Source of the DNA: Eubacteriales bacterium
Lineage (GTDB): Bacteria > Bacillota > Clostridia > Saccharofermentanales > UBA5734
Length of the DNA stretch: 64,000 nucleotides
Reading direction: 5' to 3'
Assembly: GCA_028684955.1 (NCBI GenBank)
Contig: JAQUEY010000002.1
Location: forward strand, 2,382 to 66,381
Shown: piece after piece, positions 47,877-57,566 of the stretch
How the letters are laid out: each line of letters starts with the position of its first letter
How positions within the stretch are numbered: position 1 is the first letter of the stretch
The notes under the pieces: model-generated
What the model saw: only the letters and a program-made list of their open reading frames with translations
Told to the model about the DNA's origin: nothing
The model's database searches: none
Position numbers and translations under genes: made by a program

Positions 47877-48383
47877 TTAGTCGCTCTGGACCTCGACATT
47901 CATGCACAGTTCGCCGCGTTCGATCGCAATGGTTCCGGTGCGGACGAGCTCAAGGATGCCATAGGGCTCCAGAAGTTCCTGCAGGGCCTTGATCTTGCTG
48001 TCATGCCCCGTCAGTTCAATGGTGATCGTTTTGGGCGATACATCAATGATGTGACCACGGAAAATATCAGCGACCTGCAGGATCTCACCCCGGTTTTCGG
48101 CATTGCAGCGGACTTTGACAAAGACCAGTTCCCGGGAGAAATGATCGGCGGGTGTCAGATGCCTGACGATCAGGACATCGGGTAATTTGTGAAGTTGCTT
48201 GGTGATCTGGTCGACCAGGCGCAGGTCACCATCGACCGTGATGGAAATGCGGGAAATGGCAGGATTATGGGTGGTTCCGACTGCCAGGCTCTCGATATTG
48301 AATCCGCGGCGGGCAAATAGATTCGTCACGCGGGTCAGGACACCAGAGCGGTTTTCTACCAGTACGGAAAGACTTTGCAGCAT
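47877..48383 (-). CDS. ilvN: Acetolactate synthase small (regulatory) subunit
   Basis: [26 protein letters not shown] domain; ELVRTG. Confidence 0.95.
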   Translation of the reverse strand: MLQSLSVLVENRSGVLTRVTNLFARRGFNIESLAVGTTHNPAISRISITVDGDLRLVDQITKQLHKLPDVLIVRHLTPADHFSRELVFVKVRCNAENRGEILQVADIFRGHIIDVSPKTITIELTGHDSKIKALQELLEPYGILELVRTGTIAIERGELCMNVEVQSD

Positions 48384-48520
48384 CTTCTGACCTCCAAAAT
48401 ATACTTTCCCAACAAATTAGCATGTTTTCAAGGCGCCGGGCAACTGCTTTGGCCAAGTGGTCGCAAAACGACCAGAAAAAGTGATGCCCGCCGGGCTTTG
48501 CAGCGGGCGGGCTTTGGGGT

Positions 48521-48934
48521 TTATTTTTTCAGCAGATCCCGGATCTCCTCGAGCAAGACCACGTCGTCCGGCTTGGCCGGTGGAGCCGCTGGTTCCGGCG
48601 GTTTTTCTAACTTGGACCGCATCTTGTTGATGCCCTTGACGACCATGAAAATCGAGAAACCGACCAGGATGAAATTGATGATGACCTGGATCAGTTTGCC
48701 GTAGCCGATGGCAACTTCGGGTTTGACTATTTCACCATTCTCCAGGACCGCTGCTGCCAGGATGATCTTGAGATCGACAAAGCTGATTCCGGCTGTGGCA
48801 TACCCGATGATCGGCATGATGATGTCATTGACCAGGCTAGTGACAATGGCACCAAAAGCTGAACCGATGACCAGACCGACAGCCAGGTCAATGACGTTGC
48901 CGCGCATCATGAACTTCTTGAATTCGCTCCACAT
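48521..48934 (-). CDS. mscL: Large-conductance mechanosensitive channel
   Basis: EFKKFMMRGNVIDLAVG, LLEEIRDLL. Confidence 0.97.
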   Translation of the reverse strand: MWSEFKKFMMRGNVIDLAVGLVIGSAFGAIVTSLVNDIIMPIIGYATAGISFVDLKIILAAAVLENGEIVKPEVAIGYGKLIQVIINFILVGFSIFMVVKGINKMRSKLEKPPEPAAPPAKPDDVVLLEEIRDLLKK

Positions 48935-49046
48935 ACTCGTACACTCCTTTTCAAGTCTCTATTCATCCAAAAATGGAGCACCGCCAAGGTGCTCCATTCA
49001 TCTGGACGGATTATGGATATTGATATAAAGAGAACTGCTCGAACAA

Positions 49047-49463
49047 TCAGCAGTACTGGCGGATGCCTTCCGGCAGGGCGTCGAGTTCTGCAGAGAGGAT
49101 GATCGTGGCGTTCAGATTGTTCTTGGCTGAGAATTCGTCGAGATCACGCAAGAATTGCTCGAGATGGGCCAGATCTGAGTCTCCGGCAACCTTGGTGATT
49201 GTATCGATGTAAAGATGAGTGAGGTCGTAATCTTCGGCGTAGATGCCGGCGATGAAGGCGAGCAATTCGCGATAGCCTTTGACGGGGTATTCAAGGATGT
49301 CAATCAGGCGGATTTTGTATTTGACCATCCGGTTGAGCCGACCGCTGTATTCGATGCACACGACATCTGCGGCGTCATTGTAGGCCTGGGCGTTCAGCTC
49401 GTCGACCAGCTGGCTGGTCTTGCCGCTGCCCTTGCCACCCACTATTACCTTGACCATAAGCAT
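49047..49463 (-). CDS. Conserved small P-loop protein
   Basis: GGKGSGKT Walker A; compact 138 aa. Confidence 0.75.
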   Translation of the reverse strand: MLMVKVIVGGKGSGKTSQLVDELNAQAYNDAADVVCIEYSGRLNRMVKYKIRLIDILEYPVKGYRELLAFIAGIYAEDYDLTHLYIDTITKVAGDSDLAHLEQFLRDLDEFSAKNNLNATIILSAELDALPEGIRQYC

Positions 49464-49621
49464 CTCTCCCTTGACTGTTTATTCTGTCGCCAGATGCTTT
49501 TTGTTTTCTGGCTTACAGCCATTGTACCCCAATGGATCAAGGAAAAGAAAGCCCTTGACAAAGAGAATGGAAAAGGTCTAGCTCCGCCGCCGGTAGCTGG
49601 GGTAGGGGGAGGGCGCGAGGG

Positions 49622-49842
49622 GCGGCGGGGGTTGGAGGTGGCGGGAAGGGTGACGCTGGGGGCGGCAATTGCCGCGGTGGGGGTCAGAGGTGGCAGGAAG
49701 GGTGACGCTGGTGGCGGCAATTGCCGCGGCGGGGGTCAGAGGTGGCAGGAAGGGTGACGCTGGTGGCGGCAATTGCCGCGGCGGGGGTCGGAGGTGGCAG
49801 GAAGGGTGACGCTGGTGGCGGCAATTGCCGCGGCGGGGGTCG
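49622..49842 (+). repeat. Tandem repeat, 4 x 52 bp plus a partial unit, each with a GCGGCAATTGCCGC palindrome
   Basis: Units start at 49635, 49687, 49739, 49791: GAGGTGGCAGGAAGGGTGACGCTGGTGGCGGCAATTGCCGCGGCGGGGGTC(A/G). Confidence 0.95.
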
Positions 49843-50081
49843 GTGCACCTTAGTGGAAGAAGTTCCAATCATCTCTAGATGCCTGCAAATAGGGACTCTA
49901 CAGCACAGCCTTTCAGTTTCCAAAACAATGCACCGACATAGAAACGGCAATTGCCATTCCTATGTCGGTGCACTTTGATGGAAGAAGAAAACCGTGGCGT
50001 AAACCCGCTGCGGCTGTAAGCGGAACGGGTAGTCCAAATTTCTTCCGCTAAAGTGCACCGATACCAACTGCGGCAATTGCC
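49820..50081. repeat. REP-like direct and inverted motifs GGCAATTGCC-N8/9-RTCGGTGCA(C)
   Basis: Copies at 49820-49861 (+), 49929-49955 (-), 49946-49986 (+) and 50039-50081 (-); 13-bp perfect stem TGCACCGACATAG/CTATGTCGGTGCA at 49929-49972. Confidence 0.85.
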
Positions 50082-50334
50082 ATTCGGGTAGCCAGACCTG
50101 GAGCGAAGGGCGCCACCACCCCCGCCCCGCCGCGCCACGATCCCGCCCGTCGGCCTCCCGGCCGCGTCCGGTCTCGCCGCCCGGCTGCCAAGCCACAGGC
50201 TTTCAGCTGACATTCCAATGGAATATAATTGGAATTACGAAACTGGGTTTAGTTAGGGTACTGGATTTATTTGGATCCAGGGATCTAGGGATTCTGGATC
50301 TGGGAATCTGGATTGCTGGTCAGGAGGTATTCCC

Positions 50335-50610
50335 ATGGACAGACCGTTTGAAATTAAAGAGGTGCCGGAACGTTATGCTTTAGTCGTCCATCGGACCTTG
50401 TCGCTTTCTGATCTGCCCCAGGCGATTGGGGAGAGCTATCATCTGCTGGCGGATTACTTGGGCCAGCTGGGGGAAACGCCTTGTGATGTTCCTTATACGG
50501 CCTACCTTAATATGGACATGGCCCATCTCAAGGTTGAGATGGGTTTTCCGACGGATCGGCTGTTGCCTGGACAGGAACCGATCCAGGCGATCATGCTTCC
50601 TGCCGGACTT
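50335..50610 (+). pseudogene. Truncated GyrI-like small-molecule-binding protein, open in-frame into rimP
   Basis: GGAGG RBS; about 90 aa resembling a GyrI-like N-half (VEMGFP..LPG..I....LPAG), then non-coding-like sequence containing the rimP promoter. Confidence 0.6.
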
Positions 50611-50627
50611 TTGGCCGGTGGCAAAGC

Positions 50628-50656
50628 TTGCCAACGCTCCGGAGGCGTGATATACT
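50628..50656 (+). promoter_or_regulatory. Sigma-A promoter of the rimP-nusA-infB operon
   Basis: TTGCCA-N17-TATACT with extended -10 TG. Confidence 0.75.
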
Positions 50657-50680
50657 CCATTTGTTCGGAAGTTTCTTTGC

Positions 50681-50706
50681 AAAGAGTGGGGCTCGCCCCG
50701 CTCTTT
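50681..50706 (+). promoter_or_regulatory. rimP leader hairpin
   Basis: AAAGAGTGGGG-CTCG-CCCCGCTCTTT between promoter and RBS. Confidence 0.6.
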
Positions 50707-50724
50707 CTTGTTAAAGGGTGGTTT

Positions 50725-51195
50725 ATGGCTGAAAGATCCCGTCATGCGCAGGCTGTTTATGATGCACTCGCAGAGCGCGTGGAAGCACTTGGTGTCGACT
50801 TGGTCGATGTGGCGTTCGTCCGTGAAGGACCCTCGACGATCCTGCGCATCCTGATCGACAAGGATGGCGGCGTGACTCTGGATGACTGCACCGAGGTCAA
50901 TCACCTCGTGGACCCGATCATCGACCATGAGCTGAAGCTGTCCAGCCATGACTATCTCGAAGTTTCTTCGCCGGGCCTCGAGCGGCCTTTGAAGACAGAC
51001 CGCGAACTGGCCCGCTACCAGGGAGTCCCCGTGGAATTTTCCCTCTACCAGGCTCTGGACGGGAAAAAGAAATTCCCAGGCAAGCTGGGCCCTTTCACAG
51101 CTGAGTCCGTGATGCTCGTCTTGTCCGATGGCAGCGTGCAGGAATTTGCCCGGGACAAGGTCGCCAAAATCAAACGCATCGTCGTATTTGAATGA
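50725..51195 (+). CDS. rimP: Ribosome maturation factor RimP
   Basis: LRILIDKDGGVTLDDC, YLEVSSPGLERPL; start set at ATG 50725. Confidence 0.93.
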   Translation: MAERSRHAQAVYDALAERVEALGVDLVDVAFVREGPSTILRILIDKDGGVTLDDCTEVNHLVDPIIDHELKLSSHDYLEVSSPGLERPLKTDRELARYQGVPVEFSLYQALDGKKKFPGKLGPFTAESVMLVLSDGSVQEFARDKVAKIKRIVVFE

Positions 51196-51217
51196 ATTTA
51201 AAGGAGAATCATAAGAC

Positions 51218-52333
51218 ATGAACGCAGAGCTCATCGAAGCCATCCGGTTACTGGAAAAGGAACGTGGCATTGACGCGGAAATCCTCTTCGAGGCGATTGA
51301 AGAGGCGCTGGTCTCGGCTTATAAGCGTGAATTCGAAGCCAAGACAACTGACAACATCCGCGCGGAAGTCGATCGTGAATCCGGTGAAATGCGCGTTTTC
51401 CTGACCAAGACAGTCGTTGAAATCGTCGATGACCCCAATGCCGAAATGTCTTTGGAGGAGGCTCGGGCTTTGTCCGAGGATTTCGATCTCGGTGACATGA
51501 TGGAATATCAGCTCAGCCCGCAGGATTTCGGTCGCCTGGCCGCCCAGACCGCCAAGAATGTCATCAACCAGAAATTATCCAGTGCGGAACGCGAGCGTAT
51601 CCAGAACGAATTCTCAAGCCGGGTCGGTGAATTGGCTGCCGGTGTCGTCCAGCGCAAAGACCGGCGCGAAGTCATCGTAGACATCGGTCGTGCCGAAGCA
51701 GTCCTGCCTTACAATGAGCAGGTCCGCCTGGATGGCTATAATTTCAACCAGCGCATGCGCTTCTATATCCTGAAGGTGGACGAAAAGAAGGGCCGCCCGA
51801 TTGTCTACATTTCTCGCAGTCACCCCAATCTGGTCCGCAAACTGTTCGAACAGGAAGTCCCGGAAATCGCCAGCGGTATTGTCGAGATCGTCTCGGTGGC
51901 CCGCGAAGCTGGCTCCCGCTCCAAGATCGCCGTGGCTTCCCGAGATGCCAACGTTGACAGTGTCGGCGCCTGTGTTGGCCAGCGCGGCCTTCGGGTCCAG
52001 GCCATTATGGACGAGCTGATGGGTGAGAAAATCGACATCATCGAATGGGATCCGGATACGACTGTTTTCATCAGCAATGCACTGAGTCCGGCCAAGGTCG
52101 TCAAAGTCGACATCCTGCCAGAAGAAAAAGTTGCCCGCGTGGTTGTTCCGGATCACCAGCTTTCCCTGGCCATTGGTCGCGAAGGCCAGAATGCCCGTCT
52201 GGCAGCCCGCCTGACTGGCTGGAAAATTGACATCAAGAGCGAATCCCAGTACCGTGAAGCTGTTGAGAAAGAATTCATGAGCCGTTTCACCCAGGCCGTC
52301 GAGGAATCGATGACCCAGGAAGAAAACAACTGA
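51218..52333 (+). CDS. nusA: Transcription termination/antitermination factor NusA
   Basis: FGRLAAQTAKNV, AREAGSRSKIAV, ACVGQRG, SLAIGREGQNARLAA. Confidence 0.98.
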   Translation: MNAELIEAIRLLEKERGIDAEILFEAIEEALVSAYKREFEAKTTDNIRAEVDRESGEMRVFLTKTVVEIVDDPNAEMSLEEARALSEDFDLGDMMEYQLSPQDFGRLAAQTAKNVINQKLSSAERERIQNEFSSRVGELAAGVVQRKDRREVIVDIGRAEAVLPYNEQVRLDGYNFNQRMRFYILKVDEKKGRPIVYISRSHPNLVRKLFEQEVPEIASGIVEIVSVAREAGSRSKIAVASRDANVDSVGACVGQRGLRVQAIMDELMGEKIDIIEWDPDTTVFISNALSPAKVVKVDILPEEKVARVVVPDHQLSLAIGREGQNARLAARLTGWKIDIKSESQYREAVEKEFMSRFTQAVEESMTQEENN

Positions 52334-52354
52334 TCTGAGGCAGCGAGCATCCAG

Positions 52355-52648
52355 ATGGCTAAGCATGTTCCCATCCGCCAGTGTGTGACCTGCCGCACAG
52401 CCCGCCCCAAGCGGGAATTGTTGCGTGTCGTGATCGATGCCAATGGTGAGATCAGCCTGGATCCCACTGGCAAGAAAGCAGGCCGGGGCGCTTATGTCTG
52501 TCGCAGGCGCCAGTGCCTGGAGCAGGCCATCCGCGGCCACAAGCTGGACCGCAGCTTGAAAAACCGGGTGGATGAAGCGACGATTGCTGCCCTGGTGGCG
52601 CAAATGGAGGCTTTGCCCCCGGATGAGGAGACCGATGACCCAGCTTGA
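52355..52648 (+). CDS. ylxR: YlxR (RnpM) family protein
   Basis: HVPIRQCVTC, KRELLRVV, GRGAYVC; canonical position. Confidence 0.93.
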   Translation: MAKHVPIRQCVTCRTARPKRELLRVVIDANGEISLDPTGKKAGRGAYVCRRRQCLEQAIRGHKLDRSLKNRVDEATIAALVAQMEALPPDEETDDPA

Positions 52649-52979
52649 CCAGACTCCTGAAGCGATCTACCGCCTGATTGGTCTTTCCCGCCGGGCTGGA
52701 CGTCTCGTCCTGGGTAGTGAAGCTGTAGAAAAAGCCGCCCGCAATGGCCAGCTCAGCCTGCTGATCCTGGCTGGGGATGCCGGACCGAATACAACCGGCC
52801 GGATGGAGCAAGTGAGCCGTGTGACCCAGACCCCCTTGCTGGTGGTCGGTGATCGCCAGATCCTGGGCCATTGGACTGGCCAGAGGGAACGCGTGGTCGC
52901 AGGTCTTTCGGATCAGGGATTTGCCGGCAAGATCCTGAGCCTTTCTGACACCAGGACCAAACAAGAGAGTGATAAATGA
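52635..52979 (+). CDS. L7Ae/L30e-like ribosomal protein (YlxQ-like)
   Basis: [21 protein letters not shown]; canonical position before infB. Confidence 0.87.
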   Translation: MTQLDQTPEAIYRLIGLSRRAGRLVLGSEAVEKAARNGQLSLLILAGDAGPNTTGRMEQVSRVTQTPLLVVGDRQILGHWTGQRERVVAGLSDQGFAGKILSLSDTRTKQESDK

Positions 52980-55900
52980 CGTTGGAGGATACTGAAACGA
53001 TTATGGTAAAAAAAGACGGAACTGGATCTGATAAGCAAGTTGGGTCCGAGCAAGATGTAAAGAACGCTGATCTGAAGAAAGGCCACAAGCCTCATGCGGA
53101 TGCGTCCATTGAGCAGCACGCCCCTATTCACCCGGGTGAAATGACCGCTGCCCATGCCCAGGATCTGACCTCTGGACCGACCATCACCATGCAAGGTGTG
53201 TCCGGTAAAAAGATCACAGGCGTCGTCAAGGTGGTCAAGGTAACTAAGCATGATACGGTCACCGAACAGACCGGAGTAAACGAGGCTCCTGTCTCCCAGG
53301 CTGCACCCGAGACTGCCGTTGCACCCAAGCCAGCTGCCGAACCAGTCAAACCGGTGGAATCTGCACCAGCGCCAGCTCCAACGGGCGCTGCAGCTCCCAT
53401 CGGAAAAACAGGGCCGGCTGACACGGGTGTTGCTGGCGCTTCGGCCGCCGCCAGAACACCTGAAGCAGCGTCGGCCGCTTCAGCCGGCCAAAGCAGCCCT
53501 CAAGCGACAGGCCCCGTCCAGCGGAGTGCCGGGCCCGGCTCGGCGCCTTATGGCACATCGAATCGCCCACAAAGTGGCAATTACAATCGCGACCGCGCTC
53601 CGGGCCAGGCTGGACCCGGCGCATCGCCCTACGGGACGCCCAACCGCCCGCAGAGTGGCAATTACAATCGCGACCGCGCTCCGGGCCAGGGTCCGGGTCA
53701 GGGTGGCCCCGGCGCAACGCCCTACGGCACACCGAACCGCCCGCAAAGCGGCAATTACAATCGTGACCGTGAGCCTGGCCAAGGGGGACCTGGTGCGACG
53801 CCCTACGGCACACCGAATCGTCCGCAAAGCGGCAATTACAACCGTGACCGTGCACCTGGACAGGGTGGCCCTGGCGGCTACAACCGTGCACCGGGCCAAA
53901 GTGGTCCCGGTGGCTACAATCGCGCACCAGGCCAAAGTGGTCCTGGCGGCTACAACCGCGCACCAGGCCAAGGTGGTCCTGGCGGCTATAACCGTGCACC
54001 TGGCCAGGGTGGACCTGGTGGCTACAACCGCGGCCCCGGACAAGGTGGCTATGGCAGCCGTCCCCAGGGCGGAGGTTTTGGTGGTGGTGGCTTTGACAAG
54101 GACAAGGATCGTCCGCAGACTCCTTATGGCAGCCGTCCCAGCACACCCAAGCCCAAACCGGCTGTTCCGACTGAATTGCAGGGCAAGGAAAGCACCATCC
54201 GGCCCCGTCCGGCTGAACCGAAACGCGATGATCGTCGCGAGCCGAAAAAAGAAGCCTTCAAAGGCGCCGGTGATGTTCGCGACAAGCATAATGTGCTACG
54301 CCAGCAAGCCGCTGTCGTCTCCGGCAAGGGCATCAATGAGGCCCTCAGCGATGATGCTGTGCTCGACACGCTCTACACGGATAACATCAAAGGCAAGCGC
54401 AGCAAGGGTGGACGCCGGGCTGCCGAAGCGCCGGTCCGTGCTGTCCTGACCCAAGTCTCCCTGCCCGCGTCGCTGACGGTCAAGGAATTTGCCGAAGCAA
54501 TCAAGAAAACAACCGCTGAAATCATCAAGAAACTGATGAAATACGGGGTCATGGCGACCTTGAACCAGGCCATAGACTTTGACACGGCTGCCCTGATTGC
54601 CGATGAATTCGGCATCAAGTGTGAGCTGCTGGTTGAAGTGACCGAAGAAGACATCCTCTTCGATGATACCGTGGATCAGGACCAGGATCTCAAATCCCGT
54701 CCGCCGGTCGTTGTTGTCATGGGTCACGTTGATCATGGCAAGACCTCGATCCTGGACCGCATCCGCTCGGCCAATGTCGTCTCCGGCGAAGCCGGCGGTA
54801 TCACCCAGCATATCGGTGCGTATACGGTCCGGGCCAAAGGCCGCCAGATCACTTTCCTCGACACGCCTGGCCATGAAGCGTTCACCACGATGCGTGCCCG
54901 CGGTGCCCAAGTCACGGATATTGCCATTCTGGTTGTCGCTGCTGACGACGGTGTCATGCCCCAGACCATCGAGGCGATCAACCACGCCAAGGCTGCCAAC
55001 ACCCAGATAGTGGTCGCGATCAACAAGATCGACAAAGAAGGCGCCAACATCGACCGCGTCAAGCAGGAATTGTCCAAATATGAGCTTATTCCTGAAGAGT
55101 GGGGCGGCAACACCGTCATGGTGCCGGTTTCTGCCAAAGTTGGCACCGGCATGGACGAATTGCTGGAAATGGTCCTGCTGACCGCCGATATCCTGGATCT
55201 CAAGGCCAATCCGGACAAACAGGCCAAAGGTACGGTCATCGAAGCCAAGCTCGACAAGAACCGCGGTCCGGTCGCGACCGTTCTCGTCCAGCGTGGCACA
55301 CTGCGCACGGGTGACACCGTGGTGACCGGCTCGATCATCGGCAATGTCCGTGCCATGTCTGACGACAAAGGACAACTGGTCAAGAAAGCCGGCCCCTCGA
55401 TCCCGGTCGAAATCCTCGGTTTGCCGGAAGTTCCGGAAGCCGGTGAAATCTTCTATGCCGTCAAGGACGACAAGGTCGGCCGTGCCCTGGTTGAAAAGCG
55501 CCGCATCCTGCAGCGTGAAAAACAACTGAAGGCCAGCTCCCATGTCTCTCTTGAGTCTCTGTTCACAAAAATGGCCGCCGGTGAAGTCAAGGATCTCAAT
55601 ATCATTGTCAAAGCCGATGTCCAGGGTTCAGTCGAAGCCGTGCGCCAGTCGCTCGAGAAGCTGACCAATGAAGAAGTCCGAGTCAATGTCATCCATGGTG
55701 CGGTCGGTGCTGTCACCGAATCAGACATCCGCCTGGCTGAGGTTTCCAACGCCATCGTCATCGGCTTCAATGTCCGGCCAGCCGCCAATGTTGCAGACCT
55801 GGCCAAGGAGACCGATGTCGACGTCCGCCTCTACCGTGTCATCTACAATGCGATCGAGGACGTCGAAGCGGCCATGAAAGGCATGCTCGCCCCGAAATTC

Positions 55901-56197
55901 AAGGAGAATATCCTTGGCCACGCCGAAGTTCGCCAGGTCTTCAAGGTCAGTGGGGTCGGCACCATTGCTGGCAGCTATGTCACCGATGGCAAGTTCTTGC
56001 GCGCGGCGGAAGTCCGTGTCGTCCGGGATGGCATCGTTGTCCATGAAGGCAAACTCTCTTCGCTCAAGCGCTTCAAGGATGACGTCCGTGAAGTGGCCAC
56101 CGGCTACGAATGTGGTATCGGTATCGAGCGCTTCAATGACATCAAGGAAGGCGACGTCTTCGAAGCCTTCGAAATGCAGGAAATCGAAAGGAGCTGA
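52976..56197 (+). CDS. infB: Translation initiation factor IF-2 with extended low-complexity N-terminus
   Basis: [47 protein letters not shown]. Confidence 0.98.
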   Translation: MTLEDTETIMVKKDGTGSDKQVGSEQDVKNADLKKGHKPHADASIEQHAPIHPGEMTAAHAQDLTSGPTITMQGVSGKKITGVVKVVKVTKHDTVTEQTGVNEAPVSQAAPETAVAPKPAAEPVKPVESAPAPAPTGAAAPIGKTGPADTGVAGASAAARTPEAASAASAGQSSPQATGPVQRSAGPGSAPYGTSNRPQSGNYNRDRAPGQAGPGASPYGTPNRPQSGNYNRDRAPGQGPGQGGPGATPYGTPNRPQSGNYNRDREPGQGGPGATPYGTPNRPQSGNYNRDRAPGQGGPGGYNRAPGQSGPGGYNRAPGQSGPGGYNRAPGQGGPGGYNRAPGQGGPGGYNRGPGQGGYGSRPQGGGFGGGGFDKDKDRPQTPYGSRPSTPKPKPAVPTELQGKESTIRPRPAEPKRDDRREPKKEAFKGAGDVRDKHNVLRQQAAVVSGKGINEALSDDAVLDTLYTDNIKGKRSKGGRRAAEAPVRAVLTQVSLPASLTVKEFAEAIKKTTAEIIKKLMKYGVMATLNQAIDFDTAALIADEFGIKCELLVEVTEEDILFDDTVDQDQDLKSRPPVVVVMGHVDHGKTSILDRIRSANVVSGEAGGITQHIGAYTVRAKGRQITFLDTPGHEAFTTMRARGAQVTDIAILVVAADDGVMPQTIEAINHAKAANTQIVVAINKIDKEGANIDRVKQELSKYELIPEEWGGNTVMVPVSAKVGTGMDELLEMVLLTADILDLKANPDKQAKGTVIEAKLDKNRGPVATVLVQRGTLRTGDTVVTGSIIGNVRAMSDDKGQLVKKAGPSIPVEILGLPEVPEAGEIFYAVKDDKVGRALVEKRRILQREKQLKASSHVSLESLFTKMAAGEVKDLNIIVKADVQGSVEAVRQSLEKLTNEEVRVNVIHGAVGAVTESDIRLAEVSNAIVIGFNVRPAANVADLAKETDVDVRLYRVIYNAIEDVEAAMKGMLAPKFKENILGHAEVRQVFKVSGVGTIAGSYVTDGKFLRAAEVRVVRDGIVVHEGKLSSLKRFKDDVREVATGYECGIGIERFNDIKEGDVFEAFEMQEIERS
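53540..54050 (+). repeat. Intragenic coding repeats in the IF-2 N-terminus
   Basis: 4 x ~27 aa ([24 protein letters not shown]) followed by 5 x 12 aa ([12 protein letters not shown]). Confidence 0.92.
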
Positions 56198-56203
56198 TCA
56201 GCC

Positions 56204-56569
56204 ATGCAACGATCCGACCGCGTCGGGGACGAAATCCAGAAAGTCGTGGCTGACCTGATCCAGAATGAAATCAAGGACCCGCGCCTCCCGCCGATGGTAT
56301 CGGTGGTGGAGGTGCGGGCTTCCCGCGACTTGTCCCATGCCCACATCTACATCAGTGTCCTGGGCACTGAACAGCAGAAAAAAGACTGCGCCGCTGCCTT
56401 GAAAAGTGCAGCTGGCTTTATCCGCCGCGAAGTGGCCCGCCGGGTGCGCCTGCGTGTTTCTCCGGAACTGCATTTCGTCGTTGATGAATCAATCGAGCGC
56501 GGCATCCGCATGAGCCGCCTGATTGACGAAGCCATGGAGGGAATAACACCGGATGATTCCGACTCGTGA
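56204..56569 (+). CDS. rbfA: 30S ribosome-binding factor RbfA
   Basis: RSDRVGDEIQKVV, IKDPRL, LKSAAGFIR, PELHFVVDES. Confidence 0.96.
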   Translation: MQRSDRVGDEIQKVVADLIQNEIKDPRLPPMVSVVEVRASRDLSHAHIYISVLGTEQQKKDCAAALKSAAGFIRREVARRVRLRVSPELHFVVDESIERGIRMSRLIDEAMEGITPDDSDS

Positions 56570-57566
56570 CCGCATTGCCGAAGTCGTTCTGGATGTAATC
56601 CGCACAAAAGAAAGCATCGGAATTTATCCGCATGTGGGTGCTGACGGGGATGCCCTCGGCAGCGCCATCGGCTTGGCCTTGGCCTTGAAACAGGCGGGTG
56701 CGTCAGCTCGAGTTTTTGTGGATGAAAGGATCAATCCGCGCCTTGGATTTCTGCCAGCCCTGGATCTGGTCTCTGCTTATGCCGATCTGGATACAAAGAC
56801 CTGGCCCCAGAACCAGGCGCTGGCTGTTGCCGTCGATTGCACGGAACCGGAACGTCTGGGGTGCCGCCAGGAGCTGTACCGGGATGCCCCGATCCAGGCA
56901 GCCCTCGACCACCATGTCTCAAGCGGGGAATCCGGCGGTCTGCGCCTGATCGACCCGCTGGCTTCGGCTACCGGTGAAATCATTTTCGAGCTGATCAAGG
57001 AGCTGGAGAACCAGCTGGACCAGCCTTTGCTGACCCAGGATGCTGCCATGGCCCTGATGACAGCGATTGTCTCGGACACGGGGGGGTTTGTCTACTCCAA
57101 TACGACCGCCCGGACATTTGCCATCGCTGCTCAATTGATGGCTTATGATCCTGATTTGCGCCTGATCACCTATCGACTTTTCCATGAATCGACCAAGATC
57201 CAGCTGCGTCTCCGGGGGGAAATTTTTTCCAAAGCCCAGTTTCTTTTTGATGATCGGCTGACTTATGCCCGCGTTGACCAGGGCTTGATGCAACAGTTTT
57301 CTGCTACCGACACCGATCTGGACGGGTTTGTCTCCGAGCTGCGCAGCGTTTCTGGCGTGGAAGTGGCCTTCATGTTCCGCGAACTGTCTGACGGAGCCAT
57401 CCGGATCAATATCCGAAGCAATGAAAGCTTCCATGCTTCTGATTTTGCCCGCCCCTTTGGTGGTGGCGGACATGCCAAGGCTGCGGGCATGACCATCCGT
57501 CACCAATCGCTTGATGAAGTGGTGGACCTGGTTGTCGCTCAGGCCGGCCAGTGGCTCAATGGCTGA
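56553..57566 (+). CDS. nrnA: DHH family phosphoesterase (NrnA-like)
   Basis: H..ADGDALGS, LDHH, SDTGGF, GGGGHAKAAG. Confidence 0.88.
   Translation: MIPTRDRIAEVVLDVIRTKESIGIYPHVGADGDALGSAIGLALALKQAGASARVFVDERINPRLGFLPALDLVSAYADLDTKTWPQNQALAVAVDCTEPERLGCRQELYRDAPIQAALDHHVSSGESGGLRLIDPLASATGEIIFELIKELENQLDQPLLTQDAAMALMTAIVSDTGGFVYSNTTARTFAIAAQLMAYDPDLRLITYRLFHESTKIQLRLRGEIFSKAQFLFDDRLTYARVDQGLMQQFSATDTDLDGFVSELRSVSGVEVAFMFRELSDGAIRINIRSNESFHASDFARPFGGGGHAKAAGMTIRHQSLDEVVDLVVAQAGQWLNG

Noticed and set aside
48384-48520. T-box or attenuator upstream of ilvN
   Set aside because: The space is too short and has no T-box consensus; the hairpin is better explained as the mscL terminator
49622-49842. 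CRISPR array
   Set aside because: Units are contiguous 52-bp copies with no unique spacers, and no cas genes are in the window
49445-50213. Small ORFs predicted across the repeat region
   Set aside because: Products of the GC-rich repeats, with no RBS and low-complexity translations
50260-50320. Short degenerate GGAT(C/T)(C/T) repeats upstream of the GyrI-like ORF
   Set aside because: Too short and irregular to distinguish from low-complexity sequence
54296-55543. Long antisense ORFs over infB and others (9175-10197, 10369-11352, 33376-34347, 39242-40369, 51614-52603, 58670-59581)
   Set aside because: Shadow ORFs opposite well-supported genes, expected from GC-rich codon bias; no recognisable motifs
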